This document shows positions 27,928 to 32,000 of a stretch of 32,000 nucleotides of DNA, piece after piece (positions within the stretch are counted from its first letter, which is position 1; every line of letters starts with the position of its first letter). The notes under the pieces are model-generated. The model ran no database searches. It was given only the letters and a program-made list of their open reading frames with translations, and was not told the DNA's origin. Position numbers and translations under genes: made by a program. This stretch comes from Methanosphaera sp. WGK6 (lineage in GTDB: Archaea; Methanobacteriota; Methanobacteria; Methanobacteriales; Methanobacteriaceae): assembly GCF_001729965.1 (NCBI RefSeq), contig NZ_JRWK01000002.1, positions 153,654-185,653 on the forward strand, read 5' to 3'.

Positions 27928-29700
27928 TTATTCTACTGTTACAGATTTAGCTAGATTTTTTGGTTTATCAGGATCTATATTTTTCTCAATACTAATGTAA
28001 TATGACAATAATTGTAAATCAATTATATATAATAGTGGTGCTATTATTTCATCAATAATTGGGTTAAATAGTATTTTATCTTCTACATCATCAATTTGAG
28101 TATCATTACTTGCACCTAATATTATGATATCTGCACCACGTGCACGTATTTCCTGTAAATTATTATATGTTTTATTATAACTTGGACCTGGTGGTAATAT
28201 TCCAACTACAGGAATGTTATCATCAATCAGTGCTAAGGGACCATGTTTAAGTTCTCCTGCAGGATATCCTTCACCATGTATGTATGTAATCTCTTTAAGT
28301 TTCAATGCACCTTCTAATGCAGTAGGATAATTAAATCCTCTACCAATATAGAAGAAATCTTTTGCAAATTTATATTTTTTAGCAATTTCTTTTATTTGTT
28401 CTTCATGTGTTAATAATTCTTCAGATAAATCAGAGATTTCATCTAATTTATGTAATAATTCTTGATTTTCACCCATATGTGCTACTAATAAGTAGATGCA
28501 TATTAATTGACTAAGGTATGTTTTTGTTGCTGCTACACTTATTTCAGGTCCTGCTCTTGTATAAATAACATGATCAGCTTCTCTTGTAATTGAACTACCT
28601 ACTACATTTACTATGGCTAATGTTTCTGATTTTTCTTTAGCTACTTTCAATGCTTTTATAGTATCAGCAGTTTCTCCGGATTGTGTTATGAAAATAACTA
28701 ATGTATGGTCATCTAATGTTTTATTGAAGTATTCAAATTCTGATGCTAATATAACTTCTGTAGGTATACCAATTTGTGATTCAATAAGGTATTCTCCTAT
28801 GAGTGATGCATGATATGATGTTCCACATGCAACAAAGCAAATTCTATTAAATTTTTTGAATTTTTGAACAATTTCTTGTATTTTTTTAGATTCGGATAAT
28901 GTGTCTTTTATTACTTGTGGTTCTTCATATATTTCTTTTAGCATGAAATGTTCAAAACCGCCTTTTTCAGCCATTTCTGAATTCCATGTTATTGTTGTAA
29001 TTTCTTTTTTAATTGGATTTAAATCAAAGTCCATAATCTGAACATTATCTTGTTTTAATATTATGATTTCTTTGTCTTCAAGATAAATTACTTTATTTGT
29101 TTCATTTAATATTGCTGGAACATCGGATGCTAGATAATTTCCATTTTCACCAACACCTACAATTAAAGGACTTTCATTTCTAACTCCAATTATTTCATGT
29201 GGATTATCTTTTGAAATTATTGCTAAAGCATATGATCCTACTAATCTTTTTATTGTTGTCTGTACTGAAGTTAGAAAATCTTGTCCTTCCATCATGTATT
29301 TTTCTATTAGATGAGGTATAACTTCAGTATCAGTGTCTGATTTAAAGATATGTCCTTCTTTTATTAGTTCTTGACGTAGTTCTTTGTAATTTTCTATTAT
29401 ACCATTATGTACAACACTAATATTATTTTTACAATCACAATGTGGATGTGCATTTTCTTTTGTAGGATTTCCATGTGTTGCCCATCTTACATGAGCAATA
29501 CCTATATTTCCATCAATATCCTTAAGGTTTATTTCACTATCTACTTCATTTATTTTGCCACTGCCTTTTTTTAAGTTAATAGTGTCAGTAACTGTTGCAA
29601 TACCAATTGAATCATAACCTCTATATTCTAGTTTTTTTATTGAATCAATTATTGTTGGGGCAGCTTTTTTATTTAAAACACATCCGACTATTCCACACAT
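27928..29700 (-). CDS. glmS: Glutamine-fructose-6-phosphate aminotransferase (isomerizing)
   Basis: [54 protein letters not shown], two SIS domains, C-terminal [15 protein letters not shown]. Confidence 0.97.
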   Translation of the reverse strand: MCGIVGCVLNKKAAPTIIDSIKKLEYRGYDSIGIATVTDTINLKKGSGKINEVDSEINLKDIDGNIGIAHVRWATHGNPTKENAHPHCDCKNNISVVHNGIIENYKELRQELIKEGHIFKSDTDTEVIPHLIEKYMMEGQDFLTSVQTTIKRLVGSYALAIISKDNPHEIIGVRNESPLIVGVGENGNYLASDVPAILNETNKVIYLEDKEIIILKQDNVQIMDFDLNPIKKEITTITWNSEMAEKGGFEHFMLKEIYEEPQVIKDTLSESKKIQEIVQKFKKFNRICFVACGTSYHASLIGEYLIESQIGIPTEVILASEFEYFNKTLDDHTLVIFITQSGETADTIKALKVAKEKSETLAIVNVVGSSITREADHVIYTRAGPEISVAATKTYLSQLICIYLLVAHMGENQELLHKLDEISDLSEELLTHEEQIKEIAKKYKFAKDFFYIGRGFNYPTALEGALKLKEITYIHGEGYPAGELKHGPLALIDDNIPVVGILPPGPSYNKTYNNLQEIRARGADIIILGASNDTQIDDVEDKILFNPIIDEIIAPLLYIIDLQLLSYYISIEKNIDPDKPKNLAKSVTVE

Positions 29701-29892
29701 TATTTAATCACCTAAATTTCATTAAGTTATTAATTATATCCGTTATTTTTAAAGTAAGTTCTATTTATTTTACTCTATTATATATATAATATTTAATTCA
29801 TACATTATAATACTTATCATATACATATATAATATTATAGTATAGAATGAGGTCTAATTTTTTATTTTAATTAGATTAATTAAAAATATATT

Positions 29893-30660
29893 GTGGAATT
29901 TAAAATGAGTGAGATAGTAAAAGAATTACTTTACACAGGAAAAGCAAAAGATGTTTATAAAACTGGAAATGAAGATGAAGTAATCATTAAATTCAGAGAT
30001 GATATTACTGCACTTGACGGTGGTAGAAAAGACACTTTAAGTAAAAAAGGTGAATATAATGCATTAATATCTGCTAAATTATTTGAAATATTGGAGGAAC
30101 ATGGAGTATCAACTCAATATATTCGATTAGTAGAACCTAATGAAATGTTAACAAAATCTCTTGAAATGATTCCTTTAGAAGTAATTTGTCGTAATATTGC
30201 AACAGGAAGTCTTCTTAGGAAATATCCATTTCATAAAAATCAAAGATTAGATCCTCCTGTAATACAATTTGATTATAAAAATGATGTTTATCATGATCCA
30301 ATGTTAAATGATAGTATTATTACAGCTTTAAAAATAGCAACACAGGAAGAATTAGATAAAATAAGAGAAATTACTCATGTTATTAACAAAGTCTTATATA
30401 AATTCTTAAATGAATGTGGTTTAATTCTAGTTGATTTTAAAATAGAATTTGGATTTGATAAAGAAGGTAATATTGTATTAGGTGATGAAATTAGTCCTGA
30501 TACAACAAGATTATGGGATATTGAAACTCATGATAACTTTGATAAAGATATCTTTAGAAAAGGAGAAAAAGGAGTAGTTGATGCTTATCATAGAGTAGTT
30601 GATTTAGTATTAACTGCAGAAGAAAAAGAAAAATGGAATGTTGAAAAGATTGAAATGTAA
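29893..30660 (+). CDS. purC: Phosphoribosylaminoimidazole-succinocarboxamide synthase; start probably the downstream ATG at 29905
   Basis: [70 protein letters not shown]. Confidence 0.96.
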   Translation: MEFKMSEIVKELLYTGKAKDVYKTGNEDEVIIKFRDDITALDGGRKDTLSKKGEYNALISAKLFEILEEHGVSTQYIRLVEPNEMLTKSLEMIPLEVICRNIATGSLLRKYPFHKNQRLDPPVIQFDYKNDVYHDPMLNDSIITALKIATQEELDKIREITHVINKVLYKFLNECGLILVDFKIEFGFDKEGNIVLGDEISPDTTRLWDIETHDNFDKDIFRKGEKGVVDAYHRVVDLVLTAEEKEKWNVEKIEM

Positions 30661-30692
30661 TCTTTTAAATTATTAGTCAAGGAAGTTTTAAT

Positions 30693-30941
30693 ATGAATTT
30701 TAATGTAGAAGTAAAAACAAGTTTAAAAAAGGGTATGTTAAATCCAGAAGCATCTACAATTGAAAAAGCATTAGCTTTATTAAATTATGAAGTTAAAAAT
30801 ACACAAACAATTAATATTATTAAATTCACAATTGATGCTTCAGATAAAGAAGAAGCTCTCAAACAAGTTGATGAAATGTGTCAAAAATTATTATGTAATC
30901 CTGTGATACATGATTATGAAATAATTATTAGTGGGGAATAA
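30693..30941 (+). CDS. purS: Phosphoribosylformylglycinamidine synthase subunit PurS
   Basis: [45 protein letters not shown]; directly upstream of purQ. Confidence 0.93.
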   Translation: MNFNVEVKTSLKKGMLNPEASTIEKALALLNYEVKNTQTINIIKFTIDASDKEEALKQVDEMCQKLLCNPVIHDYEIIISGE

Positions 30942-30943
30942 TA

Positions 30944-31609
30944 TTGACTGATGTAAATGATGTTAATGTGGGTATAATTAGATTTCCTGGAACTAACTGT
31001 GATAGGGATATAGAATATGCAGTTAATCTTGTAGGTGCTAATTCACATTACATATATTGGAATGAAACTGATTTATCAAAAATGGATGTTGTTATAATAC
31101 CAGGTGGATTTTCTTATGGGGATTATCTTAGAGCTGGATCTATAGCAGGTATTACACCTATAATTAATGCAATTAAAACATTTGCTAAGGAAAATAATCC
31201 TGTTCTTGGTATATGTAATGGTGCACAAATATTAGGTGAAATTGATTTAGTTCCAGGAGTATTTATAGAAAATGAAAATGCAAAGTTCATTTGTAAAAGT
31301 AAACAACTTAAAGTAAATACTACAAGAACTCCTTTCACAAAATTATATAATAAAAATGATATTATAGAATTACCAATAGCTCATAAAGAAGGACGATATT
31401 TTACTGATAATCTTGAAGAATTATATGATGATGATCAAATTGTTTTAACTTTTGAAGATGAAAATCCTAATGGTTCTTTAGATAATATAACTGGGGTATG
31501 TAATAAAGAAGGAAATGTTGTTGCAGTAATGCCTCATCCGGAAAGAGCTGTTGAGAAATTATTACGTTCAGAAGATGGATTAAAATTCTTTGAAAGTTTT
31601 CTTGACTAA
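30944..31609 (+). CDS. purQ: Phosphoribosylformylglycinamidine synthase subunit PurQ
   Basis: [58 protein letters not shown]; TTG start. Confidence 0.96.
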   Translation: MTDVNDVNVGIIRFPGTNCDRDIEYAVNLVGANSHYIYWNETDLSKMDVVIIPGGFSYGDYLRAGSIAGITPIINAIKTFAKENNPVLGICNGAQILGEIDLVPGVFIENENAKFICKSKQLKVNTTRTPFTKLYNKNDIIELPIAHKEGRYFTDNLEELYDDDQIVLTFEDENPNGSLDNITGVCNKEGNVVAVMPHPERAVEKLLRSEDGLKFFESFLD

Positions 31610-31643
31610 ATAATTTCTATCTATTAACTTTTTTTTTACACTT

Positions 31644-31747
31644 AATGTCCACCAAAAATAAATTCATTAATGTAAAATTTTCTTTATTTTACAATTGAAG
31701 TAATATCTACACTTATCAAAAGTTAATTTTTGAATTTTGATGAACAT
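31644..31747 (+). repeat. ~100-nt intergenic element, copy 2, with partly complementary ends
   Basis: About 65/86 matches, gapless, to 10777-10862 by hand alignment; ends ATGTCCACC (31645-31653) and GATGAACAT (31739-31747) pair at 7 of 9 positions. Confidence 0.55.
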
Positions 31748-31875
31748 CATCTTATTTTTTATAAATTAGATTTTTTTTAAAAAAACTCAATTTTATTTAT
31801 AATGAAATTTAATATATAGGTTTATTATAAATATTACTAGATAATCAAATAAAATTAAATATTGGAGTGAATATT

Positions 31876-32000
31876 ATGACAGTATACATGTTAGGAGCAG
31901 GTCCGGGAGATCCTGATTTAATAACTCTTAAAGCAATAAAAATATTAAAACAAGCAGAAGTAATATTATATGATAGTTTAGCAAATGATGCATTATTAGA
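31876..32000 (+). CDS. cobA: Uroporphyrinogen-III C-methyltransferase, N-terminal part (runs off the window)
   Basis: [41 protein letters not shown], the conserved SUMT N-terminus. Confidence 0.88.
   Translation, partial: MTVYMLGAGPGDPDLITLKAIKILKQAEVILYDSLANDALL

Noticed and set aside
31737-31743. TGATGA in the second ~100-nt element as a C box
   Set aside because: No matching D box with terminal stem at the right spacing, so the element does not look like a C/D sRNA.

Overview
AT-rich archaeal chromosomal window, apparently from a pseudomurein-walled methanogen (Methanobacteriales; gene content and composition resemble Methanosphaera, which is inference). From left to right it holds: the 3' part of a cobyric acid synthase; a tandem pair of paralogous VWA/CoxE-like proteins; a TrkA-N protein; three tandem tRNA-Gly genes on the minus strand (TCC, TCC, GCC); a CBS protein; nikR; a PRMT-like methyltransferase; a hydrogenase-maturation-type peptidase; a pseudomurein-precursor cluster (CarB/Ddl-like ATP-grasp, MraY-like, three Mur-ligase-like proteins) followed by two secreted or membrane proteins; a DUF356-like protein; an MBF1-like protein; PAN; precorrin-6A reductase; a UPF0146 protein; a GNAT acetyltransferase; carA-carB; an amidohydrolase; a thioesterase; a small Asn/Thr-rich secreted protein; glmS; purC-purS-purQ; and the start of a uroporphyrinogen-III methyltransferase. 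The main non-coding findings are an unannotated, textbook box C/D sRNA at about 18827-18896 (9-bp terminal stem, C/D'/C'/D boxes, two 12-nt guides) and a diverged ~100-nt element present twice just 3' of + strand genes (10777-10877 and 31644-31747). The second has partly conserved complementary ends. A nested inverted repeat lies in front of nikR. I do not see a clearly new multi-gene system. The best protein-level candidates are the tandem VWA pair without a neighbouring MoxR ATPase, and the two secreted proteins attached to the pseudomurein cluster.
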